From an uncultured virus (IMG/VR IMGVR_UViG_3300025534_000009) (taxonomy: Duplodnaviria; Heunggongvirae; Uroviricota; Caudoviricetes), in IMG/VR virus record IMGVR_UViG_3300025534_000009: a stretch of DNA of 64,000 bases, one strand, 5' to 3'. The position numbers and the translations under genes were made by a program. A model generated the notes under the pieces. It was not told the DNA's origin and did not search any database. It saw nothing but the letters and a program-made list of their open reading frames with translations. This document shows positions 45,206 to 55,408 of the stretch, piece after piece (the first letter of the stretch is position 1; each line of letters starts with the position of its first letter).

Positions 45206-47473
45206 ATGCGAAATTTTATTGATATTGTTTGTGGGATTCTGACCGAAGCGACTGTCATCAATCCGGATGCCGTAGATAAGGAAGTGGACCGGATTGTCTC
45301 TGATGTAACTGCCAGACCGGCAAGGGAGTGGCTTCGAAAGCGAATCCGCTCTGAAATCATGAACAACACGAACTACCTGCGGGCGGCAATGCCCAGCGAG
45401 TTGGAGAAGGCTCCCGACTACGCACATGATGCCGCCGTGAGGGGTGAGACAGTCTACGTCTTCGATCATCGCGACCCGCGCCTGGGACAGTTCCTTGACA
45501 CCATCCAGCACCTCAAAGACTGGATTGGTTCCATGGAAATGGTTCTCAAAGAGAAGCCGACCAACCAGGTCGAGACCGAGAACCACACGATCACGGCAAA
45601 GCTCATGAGCAAGCTGCCGAAGATGACGTTCGACCAGGCGCTTCGGGCGGCCGATGAGTGGTTCACCCGCATGGGGCGGTCGTCCAAGGGTGTTGAGGCC
45701 CTTCAAGACGTGAAGGTTATCAAGCGTTGGCCCGATGGCTGCTATGCGGTCGAGTACAAGTCGGCCGACGCCATGAAGCGCGATGGCAATATGCTCGATA
45801 ACTGTCTGAGGGTTGGCTACTACTGGGACGCCGTGGCTTCTGGCAGGGACCGTGTCATCACAATCCGCAAGCCGTCACACGAAGCTGTTGTCGCCATTCG
45901 CATTCACAATTCCCCGGTCACCAAGGACGGTATCGAGTACAGCGGCACGGTGGTCGAATGCAAGGGGAAGCAGAACAGGCCGCCGACCAGCCGTTATATT
46001 CCCTATTGCACGTCTCTCCTTTCCGAACTCAACGTCAATGGTGGCAATTGTTCTGACCTAAACGCCGCAGGCATCCACTTCCATCGAGGGCGTTTCGGTG
46101 ACACATGGGAAATCGGGGACAAAATCTACGAAGACCCGCGAAATGACGTGGTTGTGTATCGCGTGGACCGACATGTCATCTTCCGAATCGATAAATTCAC
46201 GTGCAACGCCGTTATTCACGGAAATCTCATTCTGTTGGATGCCGTTCCCGACGGAATAGATATCAAAAAGTTTGCTCGTGCGTTGCGAGGCATAGACTTC
46301 GCGTTGGCGCCGGACAGCGTGGAACGTCTTCGGAAAATTGGCTTGTACATTAACCGGGGGCAGATCGGAACGTTCCTTGAGGTCGGAGATAAAATATCAG
46401 ACGACGGCAAATACACAGCGATCCGGGTCGGAAAAGATATCGTCGTCGCAATGAGCGGCGAGCTGGTCGCAACATTCAATCTCGGGAAAGACAAACAGAT
46501 CATAGAAGTTCGACCGGCCCATGCGGCGTTCCGAAACGACATCACTCGTATCCTGAACCTCACAAAGGCAGCACCGTCCCCAATTTTCGAAGCGGGCTTC
46601 ATGCTGCGTCACGAAATCTTTTTTGATGGAAAGACCTACGGTACATTCGATCAGGTGGCCGTGAAAGATGGTGATCTCTACCGTCTCGGCAAGAGGCCGG
46701 TGTGGGTCGTCCCCGGCGAGGATGGAACCTTTCTTCTGTCCATCACCAAGGGGCAAGCTCGGGCTCTGACCAAGCCGTTCCAGGTTGCTCCGGAGGCTGT
46801 TCGCCGGTTGCTCGCGCGAGAGGGAGTTTCCTCGGTTGAAGACCCGAAGTTTTTCGGCGTGGTGAAGCTCAATGGTCGCATCATCGCCACCAAGGAAGAC
46901 TTCCTGAAGTCACTGAAGGAGCTGAACGCGGCGATCCCACCGAACGCCTTTACTTTAAACAGCGTCCGGGAGGGAGACGTGGATGTTATTTCTCAGGTAC
47001 GCAGGTTCCTTATGGCGTCTGAGAATAACCTGACGGCGAAAGACCGGGCACTGATCATCAGGACGATAAACGGCACTGGCGGTGTGAAAATCACCCTGGA
47101 GAAGAAGGAAAAGATATACGGTGTCGATGTCGGCTATTACAGGATTGATGTTCCCGTAGCAGCGTTCAATCTGTTCGCCCCCTACTCACTTACCTCCGAG
47201 GAATCAAGGAAGATTGTTGAGCATTTGACAAAGGCGGCGGAGCACGTCCGCAAATCGAAGGCACAGATATTCCAAGGTGTCACAATCCCTCATACACTGG
47301 TCGATGCACGACCTGAAATCACGCAAGCTTATCGCGCTTTGATGAACGAAATTGTTGCAGCAAATAGAAGTGTCGTGGATCAGCTAAAGGACCAGCAGAG
47401 GCGCGACGATCTTGATCTTGATCTGTCCAGCCGGTTCGCATCACTGCATGCGCTGAACAAGTTGAAACGATAA
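45206..47473 (+). CDS. Large internal virion protein with a PcfJ-like domain
   Basis: DG..L.NC....Y, I.IR, V.ECKGK.N; TAAATA promoter; N-terminus MRNFIDIV..ILTEA. Confidence 0.7.
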   Translation: MRNFIDIVCGILTEATVINPDAVDKEVDRIVSDVTARPAREWLRKRIRSEIMNNTNYLRAAMPSELEKAPDYAHDAAVRGETVYVFDHRDPRLGQFLDTIQHLKDWIGSMEMVLKEKPTNQVETENHTITAKLMSKLPKMTFDQALRAADEWFTRMGRSSKGVEALQDVKVIKRWPDGCYAVEYKSADAMKRDGNMLDNCLRVGYYWDAVASGRDRVITIRKPSHEAVVAIRIHNSPVTKDGIEYSGTVVECKGKQNRPPTSRYIPYCTSLLSELNVNGGNCSDLNAAGIHFHRGRFGDTWEIGDKIYEDPRNDVVVYRVDRHVIFRIDKFTCNAVIHGNLILLDAVPDGIDIKKFARALRGIDFALAPDSVERLRKIGLYINRGQIGTFLEVGDKISDDGKYTAIRVGKDIVVAMSGELVATFNLGKDKQIIEVRPAHAAFRNDITRILNLTKAAPSPIFEAGFMLRHEIFFDGKTYGTFDQVAVKDGDLYRLGKRPVWVVPGEDGTFLLSITKGQARALTKPFQVAPEAVRRLLAREGVSSVEDPKFFGVVKLNGRIIATKEDFLKSLKELNAAIPPNAFTLNSVREGDVDVISQVRRFLMASENNLTAKDRALIIRTINGTGGVKITLEKKEKIYGVDVGYYRIDVPVAAFNLFAPYSLTSEESRKIVEHLTKAAEHVRKSKAQIFQGVTIPHTLVDARPEITQAYRALMNEIVAANRSVVDQLKDQQRRDDLDLDLSSRFASLHALNKLKR

Positions 47474-47487
47474 TGTAAGAGGTACTT

Positions 47488-47928
47488 ATGCGTTATTATG
47501 AGTTTGCGAAGCCGCTTGTTTTGAACGAGTTCGGTTACCACGGGCACCCTGGTTTTGGTCGTGGTATTTTCCGAAAGGCATACTATGAATATATCGCCAG
47601 CGAGCTTTCCAAGCTTCCCGACAGGGTGGTTCGTGATTACCTGACGGACTGGTTTGCCGAACAGTTCGCGCGCGACAGTGTGAAATTCAACGAGAAATCC
47701 TTCCGCCAAAGGGTCGCCGATGGGAACGGTCCCAGCTCTGGAGTGCCGATGTTCCAGCAGCGGCATTTCTACTATTTGGCCGATGCCGTCCGTTCGATAC
47801 CAGACAAAGCCGCGCGCGAGTTCGTTTCTGACTGGCTCGCCTATGTAGTGGGTCGGACGAACAACAATTTCAAGGCGTCCCGCTGGTATGAGTACTGCGG
47901 TGTCCAGAGGGAGGATGACAACACGTAG
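47488..47928 (+). CDS. Virion-type protein with a tandem internal repeat
   Basis: Two ~60-aa F....Y..A...F....F units; MRYYEF...LNE. Confidence 0.65.
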   Translation: MRYYEFAKPLVLNEFGYHGHPGFGRGIFRKAYYEYIASELSKLPDRVVRDYLTDWFAEQFARDSVKFNEKSFRQRVADGNGPSSGVPMFQQRHFYYLADAVRSIPDKAAREFVSDWLAYVVGRTNNNFKASRWYEYCGVQREDDNT

Positions 47929-47980
47929 AATAATGAATCCGTTAGGCGGTATGGTATAATGCCGCCTAACGGAGTTCATC

Positions 47981-48577
47981 ATGAAATACATTGACACCGA
48001 TATTGATATTGATTTCGCAGATCGAAACGTTGCGCTTTCCCAGCTGCCACACATCGATGCGATGATCGATCGGGACGGCAAAGCCACCCGGCATCCTTCC
48101 GGTGTCTACTTCCAGAACATCCCCGTCGATCCATTGACTGATCTGGCTGCCTACGATTACGAGAAGGCACCAGAGCTGGGGTTCATCAAGGTCGATTTCC
48201 TCAACAACAGCATCTACGCTTGTGTTCGCGACGAGGAACACCTTGAACGTCTCATGGCAGAGCCTGACTGGGACTTGTTTCTGATCCGTGATCTCGTTGA
48301 AGGAACCGAGCGGACCCCGAAACTGGCACACGTCGGAGACCATTTCGGCCTTCTTCAGATGATCCGGCCTCGCAGTGTAGAAGAGCTTGCCATATGCGTT
48401 GCGCTGATCCGGCCTGGCAAGTGTCATCTGATCGGGAAGCCGATGGACGAGATCAAGAAGGAAATCTGGCTTCCGACCACGGACTACTATTACAAGAAAC
48501 CCCACGCGATCGCCTACGCGATGTCCATCATAGTTCAGGTCAACCTAATCGTGGAGCAGCTCAGCCAGGAGGCCTAG
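47981..48577 (+). CDS. Minimal DNA polymerase III alpha (DnaE)-like protein
   Basis: DIDIDF, RHPSGVY, GFIKVDFL, ALIRPG, KKPHAIAYA. Confidence 0.8.
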   Translation: MKYIDTDIDIDFADRNVALSQLPHIDAMIDRDGKATRHPSGVYFQNIPVDPLTDLAAYDYEKAPELGFIKVDFLNNSIYACVRDEEHLERLMAEPDWDLFLIRDLVEGTERTPKLAHVGDHFGLLQMIRPRSVEELAICVALIRPGKCHLIGKPMDEIKKEIWLPTTDYYYKKPHAIAYAMSIIVQVNLIVEQLSQEA

Positions 48578-48948
48578 TCGAAGCGGCGGACGAGGGTCAC
48601 CTGCCGCTTGCGGACACGTCGCGCGATTGTCTCGTGCAGGGACACAGCATGCCCGGCCTCCAGCACGAACTCCTTCCGGGAGAAGTGACGGATGTACGGG
48701 CGAAATTCGCGGAACTCGGCACCGAGGAAGATGTTGATCGGCACAAGCCGGTTGGACTCCCACCACCACTTCTCTCCAAACATGAGGAAGCGTTTTCTCT
48801 GCGTGTCCTCGGGTATCAGGTCCATGACATACATGGAGAGAAGCTGGTTGTCGCTATTCTGGATGATCCCGAGATAGTTCGTTTCTAGCATATGGCCGTA
48901 GCTAAGAAACGGATAGGTTTCCAGCACTTTTGCAATTCGAGAATCCAT
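48574..48948 (-). CDS. Conserved jumbo-phage hypothetical protein
   Basis: YPFLS, GIIQN, WWWESNR.VPINIFL. Confidence 0.75.
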   Translation of the reverse strand: MDSRIAKVLETYPFLSYGHMLETNYLGIIQNSDNQLLSMYVMDLIPEDTQRKRFLMFGEKWWWESNRLVPINIFLGAEFREFRPYIRHFSRKEFVLEAGHAVSLHETIARRVRKRQVTLVRRFD

Positions 48949-49033
48949 ACAAAATCCAACAGCAATTTTGGGTTTATTTATATACATTCGTTACCGCGCA
49001 TTCTGTCGAGGACGATCGACGTTAAATATCGTT

Positions 49034-49912
49034 ATGGCGCTAATACACGTGTTTGATATTCCGCAAGTAGTACAACTGTCAACACGTGTCGTTGCTGGCA
49101 CGGGGTCCAACCACATGAATTATCCGATTAATCATTCGGACTTCACTCTCATCAAGGGGGTTCTGAACGAGATCGATTTTGTCGTCCTCGACATTGATCG
49201 CAAGACAGTCTCCCTCGGGGAGGAGGACGCCATTATTCTTCGCATCCATCGGCGTTCGGATCAGTCTGTCGTCCTGACCACGACACTCGCGACCGTCGAA
49301 GGAAGCCAGGCCCGTTTCCGGGCATCGATCCCGGCCGAGGTGGTGGATGATCTGGACAATGGCTTTTACCGCTACACGGTATGCCTGCGCACTGGCGCAG
49401 ATGAGCCCCAGGAGCGCCTTCTCTACACGGACAGGGGTAGGACCGGAGAAGGCAGTGTCGAGGTCCGCCAAGGTCCCCTGCCCGTCTCCACGGCGCCTCG
49501 CAAGGTCGAGCGGGATGACATGCTCCCTCTCGCAGGCTCACTGATCTCGGGTGCCCTTCCCGGTGCGGCGCAAATCGGCAACAGGACCGGTGTCCACACG
49601 GTGGCGGTCTACGGAAATCATTTCACGGGCTCCGTGGTAGCCGAGGCGAGCCTGGAGATGCAGCCTGACACCAACGACGCCTCGTGGTTCACCGTCGTCG
49701 AGCATTCGTTCAGCGACCTAATCGGATCGTCGGGGTTCTCCTTCACGGGCCCGTACCAGTGGGTCAGGTTCAAGGTCACTGAAAGCCAACCCTCCGGTGG
49801 CAACCAGGATGGGTGCGCTGTCTGCACACTGGGTGACGAGGAGGGAGACAAAGAGTTCGAATGGCCTGAGGGCACACCCGACGGTTTCGTCCACCTTCTC
49901 TACCGGAACTGA
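49034..49912 (+). CDS. Virion (baseplate-upper-like) protein
   Basis: TAAATA 5 nt upstream; KG..N.I.F...D.DRK, FTG...WVRF. Confidence 0.6.
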   Translation: MALIHVFDIPQVVQLSTRVVAGTGSNHMNYPINHSDFTLIKGVLNEIDFVVLDIDRKTVSLGEEDAIILRIHRRSDQSVVLTTTLATVEGSQARFRASIPAEVVDDLDNGFYRYTVCLRTGADEPQERLLYTDRGRTGEGSVEVRQGPLPVSTAPRKVERDDMLPLAGSLISGALPGAAQIGNRTGVHTVAVYGNHFTGSVVAEASLEMQPDTNDASWFTVVEHSFSDLIGSSGFSFTGPYQWVRFKVTESQPSGGNQDGCAVCTLGDEEGDKEFEWPEGTPDGFVHLLYRN

Positions 49913-49981
49913 CGCTCATTCAATTTTGGCGGCGACCATCGCTCTGGCTATAATGCTCGCAAAGGCATTGTTGCGAAACAT

Positions 49982-51058
49982 ATGAGCAATTTAATTGAGC
50001 GGATCGTCGCCGACGATTTCGTCTGGCGAGCCATCACGACCCAGATTTCATCCAGACAGCGCCGAAGCGTCAGCGGTTTCGTCAACATCAACTGCCCGAT
50101 GTGTACGCTTCGGGGCGAAACCCCGGACAAGCGGATGCGCTGCGGCATCAAGAAGGACGGACGAGGCGTCGGCATCAACTGCTTCAATTGCGGGTTCAAG
50201 GCTCTCTGGTCTCCGGGAGACCTTCTGTCCAAGTCGTTGCGCGAGTTCCTTGCGCAGATCGGTATGGATGAAACCGAGATCAAGCGCCTCAACCACAAGG
50301 CGCTAGCCTATCGTTCGGTCATTGCTCAGGTGCCGGAAGCGGCGAACATCCTGCCGTCTTCCTTCGAGCCTCGCTTTCCGCCCGCATCGCTCCCCCAGGG
50401 GGCAAAGCCGCTTGAGGAATGGGCGAACATGCCCAACCCTCCAAAGGAGTTTCTTCGCGTGCTCGACTACATCTATTCACGCGGGGAAAAGGTTTTCGGG
50501 GCAACGACATACTATTGGACACCGACGAAGGAGCACAGACTCAATGAGCGTGTGATCATTCCCTTCTATAATAACGGCACGCTCGTTGGCTTTACCGCGC
50601 GTTCGGTCGGTGATCACGGTCCGAAATACTATTCGGTGAAGCCACCGAACTACCTGTTCAATACCGACGTACTTCGGAAGAATAGGTTCAAGTATTGCAT
50701 TCTGGTCGAGGGACCGTTTGACGCACTCGCGATCAACGGTGTGGCCATGCTCGGTTCTACTCTCAACCAGCAGCAGATCGCCTGGCTCAAGACGCTGCCC
50801 CAGCAGATCATTCTGGTTCCGGACCGGGACAGGAAGGGGCGTTCCACCATCGACATTGCCCTCGAAAACGACTGGATGGTGGCTTTCCCTCGCCTCGGTG
50901 GCTCCCACGGAAAAGAAATGTGGTGGGACCCCGACGTGAAAGACGTGGATATGGCTGTAAAACGTTACGGTCAAGCCTGGACAACCCTGTCAATTATAAA
51001 GACAGCAACAAACAACAAAATCGAAATTAATATAAATCGTCGCCTTCTGGTAGAATAA
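49982..51058 (+). CDS. DNA primase (Zn ribbon + TOPRIM)
   Basis: NCPMC...CFNCG, IIPF...G.TAR, VEGPFDA, PDRD..G, KD.D. Confidence 0.88.
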   Translation: MSNLIERIVADDFVWRAITTQISSRQRRSVSGFVNINCPMCTLRGETPDKRMRCGIKKDGRGVGINCFNCGFKALWSPGDLLSKSLREFLAQIGMDETEIKRLNHKALAYRSVIAQVPEAANILPSSFEPRFPPASLPQGAKPLEEWANMPNPPKEFLRVLDYIYSRGEKVFGATTYYWTPTKEHRLNERVIIPFYNNGTLVGFTARSVGDHGPKYYSVKPPNYLFNTDVLRKNRFKYCILVEGPFDALAINGVAMLGSTLNQQQIAWLKTLPQQIILVPDRDRKGRSTIDIALENDWMVAFPRLGGSHGKEMWWDPDVKDVDMAVKRYGQAWTTLSIIKTATNNKIEININRRLLVE

Positions 51059-51084
51059 GGCTCAATTTTTGAGGTGTTTCATTA

Positions 51085-52485
51085 ATGCGGCAGGGGTTTG
51101 ACGGGGATCGTTTCGGGAGACCCGTGCAGGAGTTGTTTCTTCGTTACATGATCACGGACGCCAACTCGTTCGTGCTGACTCGGAGCATCATCAAGCCGGA
51201 ATACTTCGATGCCTCGTTGCGCGGCGTGGCAAGGGTCATCCTCGATTTCTCGGACCAGTATCACCGGATACCGACCCCTGATCTGATCAAGGCTCAGACG
51301 GGAGTCGATCTGGAGCGCTTCTCGAACGACGAAATCCCGGTCATGTACGAGTGGTACCTGGAGAACATCGAGGAGTTCTGCCGGTACAAGGCTCTTGAGC
51401 TGGCCGTTCTGGAAGGCGCCGACCTGCTCGCCAAGGGCAAGGGCGGAGATATTGAGCGTCTGGTGAAGGACGCCATGTCCATCTCCATCCAGAAGGACCT
51501 CGGCACCGACTATTTTGCCAACCCGCAGGAGCGCCTTCACCGCATGCGGGACAAGAACAACTACGTCTCCACAGGTTGGGCGACCCTAGATGAAAAGCTC
51601 TACGGTGGTTTCCTGCGTGGCGCCCTTAACATCTGGGCCGGTGGCTCCGGCTCCGGAAAGTCGATCTGGCTTCAGAACATCGGCCTCAACTGGGTCGAAA
51701 TGGGGCTCAATGTAGTCTACTTCACCCTTGAGCTCGCGGAGGAGCTGGTCTCCATGCGCCTCGACGCGATGCTGACGCGGCGAAGCACCAAGGAAGTTAT
51801 TCGCGACATCGACGAGACTGCCCTTCGACTGGCGGCAATCAAGAAGCGGCCTAACGAAGATGGCGTCTATCCTGGCAATCTTCACATCAAGAAGATGCCT
51901 GAAGCCGGTACAACGGCCAACGATCTTCGCGCGTACCTGATGGAGTACGAGATCAAGACCGGCAAGAAACCGGATGCGATCATCATCGACTACCTCGACC
52001 TGATGCACCCCAACAATCGGCGCATCGATCCGACGAACCTCTTCGTCAAGGACAAATACACGTCGGAAGAGATGCGCGCCCTGGCCCACGAATATAACTG
52101 CCTGTGCGCGACGGCTTCTCAGCTCAATCGTCAATCTGTCGAAGCCATCGAATTCGACCACTCTCACATCGCCGGTGGTGTCTCGAAGATCAACACGGCC
52201 GACAACGTGTTCGGCATCTTCACGACAGCCGCGATGCGCGAGAAAGGCATTTACCAGCTTCAGTTTCTCAAGACGCGCTCGTCGTCGGCCGTGGGCAGCA
52301 AGATCGAGCTGGCCTTCTGCCCGACGACGCTGCGCATCACAGACAAACCGGCCGCCTCGGGCAATTCCCAACCTCGGTCAACTTCCAAGCCTCCCATCAC
52401 ACAGGAGGCGGAGGACGAACCTCAAATCGACGTTCGAGACGAGATCATGGACCTGATGAAAAACATCCAGGGCCTGAGAACCTAA
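51085..52485 (+). CDS. Replicative helicase (DnaB / T4 gp41-like)
   Basis: STGW..LD, GGSGSGKS, TLEL, IIDYLDL, TASQLNR, LKTR. Confidence 0.92.
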   Translation: MRQGFDGDRFGRPVQELFLRYMITDANSFVLTRSIIKPEYFDASLRGVARVILDFSDQYHRIPTPDLIKAQTGVDLERFSNDEIPVMYEWYLENIEEFCRYKALELAVLEGADLLAKGKGGDIERLVKDAMSISIQKDLGTDYFANPQERLHRMRDKNNYVSTGWATLDEKLYGGFLRGALNIWAGGSGSGKSIWLQNIGLNWVEMGLNVVYFTLELAEELVSMRLDAMLTRRSTKEVIRDIDETALRLAAIKKRPNEDGVYPGNLHIKKMPEAGTTANDLRAYLMEYEIKTGKKPDAIIIDYLDLMHPNNRRIDPTNLFVKDKYTSEEMRALAHEYNCLCATASQLNRQSVEAIEFDHSHIAGGVSKINTADNVFGIFTTAAMREKGIYQLQFLKTRSSSAVGSKIELAFCPTTLRITDKPAASGNSQPRSTSKPPITQEAEDEPQIDVRDEIMDLMKNIQGLRT

Positions 52486-52519
52486 AACCCGTTATAAATA
52501 CCACCGAGGTATTATAACG

Positions 52520-52798
52520 ATGTCTGACCTTTTGATGCGTTCTCACATGCATATTGTCGAGGACTTCGAACGTTGTCTCCGACAATACGATGTTCGAGAG
52601 GAGCCGCTGGACGATGAGGCAACTCCGTCCGAGGAGCGTCTGATCTCGGAGCTTGAGGAAGCCATTGGCAAGATGCGCTCCTATACCGAGAACCGGGGTG
52701 GAGAATACGCCCTTGGTGTCGAGGACGGCATGCAGAAGGCAGCAGACATTCTGGAAAATCTCATACGCCGCTATCGCGAGGGGGTCGTTATTGGATAG
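52520..52798 (+). CDS. Small late protein
   Basis: TATAAATA promoter, GAGG RBS. Confidence 0.65.
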   Translation: MSDLLMRSHMHIVEDFERCLRQYDVREEPLDDEATPSEERLISELEEAIGKMRSYTENRGGEYALGVEDGMQKAADILENLIRRYREGVVIG

Positions 52799-53051
52799 GA
52801 AATTCAGCAGTCTGCTCGATGAGCTGATTGGCCCGGCAGCTCCAGAGCGAGACAAGGACCTCTTCATCGAGAGCAGAGCGCAGCAGGTGATCGCTTCAGC
52901 GAACAACTTGATTGCGCTCATTAGGGAAACCTACGACGCGGAGACGGCCGAGGAGCTTCGGCGTCGCCTCATCAATTCGATCAAAAGCGGAGATGAAAAC
53001 AAGTTCCGGCGACGCATGGCGAAAATCAGAGAGGATCGTCTGTCCAGATAA
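52791..53051 (+). CDS. Small conserved late protein
   Basis: TTG start; SLL.EL, IESRA..VI.SA.NL, RRL.NSIK..D..KF. Confidence 0.65.
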   Translation: MDRKFSSLLDELIGPAAPERDKDLFIESRAQQVIASANNLIALIRETYDAETAEELRRRLINSIKSGDENKFRRRMAKIREDRLSR

Positions 53052-53069
53052 CCACGAGGACCATCGCCA

Positions 53070-53888
53070 ATGTCAAACAATAACAATAAGAAACTGGCGC
53101 AAACAATTGTGGAAGACGGATTTTTCAGTGGCCTTGCATCATCGCTTGGATTGACTGGCAAGGCAGCTCTCGGCGTTGGCCGGGATGTCAGGATGGCGGT
53201 AGCTGGAGCGAAAGGCGCCAATCTCTACAAGCGGGTCTATCGGAAGGTGATGCTCGATTGGAAGAAGTTTGCCGCGACCCTGGGTGCCGACGCTAAGACA
53301 GAAGCTGCGCCGACGGACGAGAACCTGCTGAAATTCGTGCTGAAGTACTACAAGGCCGACGCCTCGGAGCTTCTGGCTGAAATCAAGACGGACTTCGCCA
53401 GGTTCGCCGACGACAAGACCGATGGTGATGACTCCCCGGATGCCGTGCGTAATCGCAGCGTCGAGAGGGCAATGCGCGAGCACCGGAAGATGATGCTGGT
53501 GGCCGAGGAGTTTTTCAAGGCGCTCGCCCGTGAGATCGCCTCCGACCCGAAGCTCGCGCTCCTGTTTCTTGGAGACAAAAAGGCGCGGTCTGACGGCGGC
53601 ATTGGTCAGGCCTCGTACACCTCGGTCGGTGTCTCCTCCGCTGCGAGAGCGGGCGCGTATGCGAGCACTTCAAGTTCACCCTCGTCATCCAGGTCCGATC
53701 CCGAGGTCAACATGCGCGCCTTCGCCAAGAACCTCGGTGACCTCGGCGTGCGGAAGTCCCTCTTCACAAATCTGGCCGAGCTGCGCGGATACGATTTGTC
53801 CGAAATCCATCAGCGGATAAAAACCTTCATGGATCACGAGGACGCCACGAAGATCGTCGCCGCCATGCTTGCCGCACTTAGGAGGTGA
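53070..53888 (+). CDS. Putative virion protein
   Basis: GAGGA RBS; IVEDGFFSGL. Confidence 0.65.
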   Translation: MSNNNNKKLAQTIVEDGFFSGLASSLGLTGKAALGVGRDVRMAVAGAKGANLYKRVYRKVMLDWKKFAATLGADAKTEAAPTDENLLKFVLKYYKADASELLAEIKTDFARFADDKTDGDDSPDAVRNRSVERAMREHRKMMLVAEEFFKALAREIASDPKLALLFLGDKKARSDGGIGQASYTSVGVSSAARAGAYASTSSSPSSSRSDPEVNMRAFAKNLGDLGVRKSLFTNLAELRGYDLSEIHQRIKTFMDHEDATKIVAAMLAALRR

Positions 53889-53889
53889 C

Positions 53890-54555
53890 ATGGAATTCAT
53901 CCGCAACCTCAGCGAAAGCAAGCTGTTTCCATCGAAGGAAATTCTGGAACGTTACTCCAGGAGGGAGATCGCAGAGCTGCTCTATCTCTACATCATCGCG
54001 TTCCGGATTTTCATGGCTGAGGAGAGCACTCGCTTCTGGGCTTCCAACTACCTCCGGAAGACCATTCAGAACGGTGAGTTCTCCCGCTGGCAAACCACGG
54101 GAAACGACCTCTACGTTCTGATCTACGCGATCCAGGCCAAAAAGGGCGACGAGAAGCCCTACCCGCTTCGCATGTCCGACCTGACCCGGTGGATCAAGCA
54201 AGGGGCAACGCGTCGAGAGTTCCCTGATCGGCTGACCGATCGGCTCTTCGTTCGTCTGGACTTCGATCTGAGGATCAAGCACGAAAGCATGCGCGCCGTC
54301 CGGCGACTCGTTTCATCGTGGCCGACGCTCGAAAAGGAGTATCGCCGTCTGGCGATGACCAGGCTGCTTCAGTTCCTCCGCGCCAGATCACCGAAGAGCG
54401 ACATTCTTCTCATGCTGCGACGGCTGGCCGAGATCGAGAACTACGAGCTGAAGAACGTCTTCAACATGGAGACAGGAGAGTTCGAGTACGACCAACAGCC
54501 TCAACTGACAGGGAAGGAAAGCTTTCTTCAAAAGCTCATTCGGTCCAAGAAATGA
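53890..54555 (+). CDS. Putative virion protein
   Basis: AGGAGG RBS; MEFIRNLSES. Confidence 0.7.
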   Translation: MEFIRNLSESKLFPSKEILERYSRREIAELLYLYIIAFRIFMAEESTRFWASNYLRKTIQNGEFSRWQTTGNDLYVLIYAIQAKKGDEKPYPLRMSDLTRWIKQGATRREFPDRLTDRLFVRLDFDLRIKHESMRAVRRLVSSWPTLEKEYRRLAMTRLLQFLRARSPKSDILLMLRRLAEIENYELKNVFNMETGEFEYDQQPQLTGKESFLQKLIRSKK

Positions 54556-54782
54556 AGTCTTTCATCGAATATCTTCAGGACGTTGAACAGGAACGCCTCG
54601 ACGAGGATGCCACCAGCGGGGCGACAAGTGCCGCATCCATTGCGATTGTAGTCGGAGGCCTCGGCCAGAAGGCAAACACCGACACCATTGGCGTCGGCTT
54701 TGAACCGGACGGCCACGAGCGCAGCATCTATCTGGCTCCGGAGTCGCCGAAGACCGGTAAGAAGCCTATTCTCCGTCGGTGA
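54552..54782 (+). CDS. Small virion protein
   Basis: MKSFIEYL...LDEDATSGATSAASIA. Confidence 0.65.
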   Translation: MKSFIEYLQDVEQERLDEDATSGATSAASIAIVVGGLGQKANTDTIGVGFEPDGHERSIYLAPESPKTGKKPILRR

Positions 54783-54841
54783 ATGTCAGAAAACACATTC
54801 GTAATAAATAGTCGTACAACCTTTTAAGAAAGGATTTCAAC

Positions 54842-55177
54842 ATGTCTAATAAGGTCAATGGTAAGGCGCTTCCCGGCGAGAACCTGACTGGCAACCTCCA
54901 GTTCTTCTCGGTCACGACCACGGTCGATATCTCGGGAACCACCGCGCAATCGCAGAAGGCTTTTGATCGTCTCATCGAGATCATCTCGCTGAACGGCCAG
55001 CCGGTCATCCTCGGCCCGGTCACGGTCGATGGTTCGGACTACTCGTTCCGCTTCGCCACCGAGCATGCCGGTGCGTGGGCCAGCGCTGACGCTCTGGTTG
55101 CCGCCATCGAGCAGCACGGCAAGGGCATCTTCGACCAGGGCTCGGTCACTGTCGAAGTCAGCGACATGATCGGCTAA
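54842..55177 (+). CDS. Small virion (decoration-like) protein
   Basis: TAAATA promoter, AAGGA RBS, strong codon bias, terminator after. Confidence 0.7.
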   Translation: MSNKVNGKALPGENLTGNLQFFSVTTTVDISGTTAQSQKAFDRLIEIISLNGQPVILGPVTVDGSDYSFRFATEHAGAWASADALVAAIEQHGKGIFDQGSVTVEVSDMIG

Positions 55178-55199
55178 GGCCTTCTGGGTCAGATTGAGA

Positions 55200-55230
55200 A
55201 GCGCCCGATGCATAAGCATCGGGCGTTTTT
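55200..55230 (+). terminator. Rho-independent terminator
   Basis: GCGCCCGATGC-ATAA-GCATCGGGCGTTTTT. Confidence 0.8.
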
Positions 55231-55408
55231 GTTTAAATATAATTGTCATTAGTGATCAATGAGATGACATTGAACGAGCTATTCAGTCTGCGCCGTAAGC
55301 GTAAAGAGATCGTCTGGGTCAAGCGCGGAAATGAACGAGAACGGACGGATATTTCCATCCGGCGCGTGATACAGCCTAGGCGACGCTTCGATATTCGAGG
55401 AAAGAATA

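Noticed and set aside
20313..52485. Additional inteins in UvsX, UvsW, primase or helicase
   Set aside because: All are normal length with contiguous motifs and no HN/HQ-C/S/T junctions.
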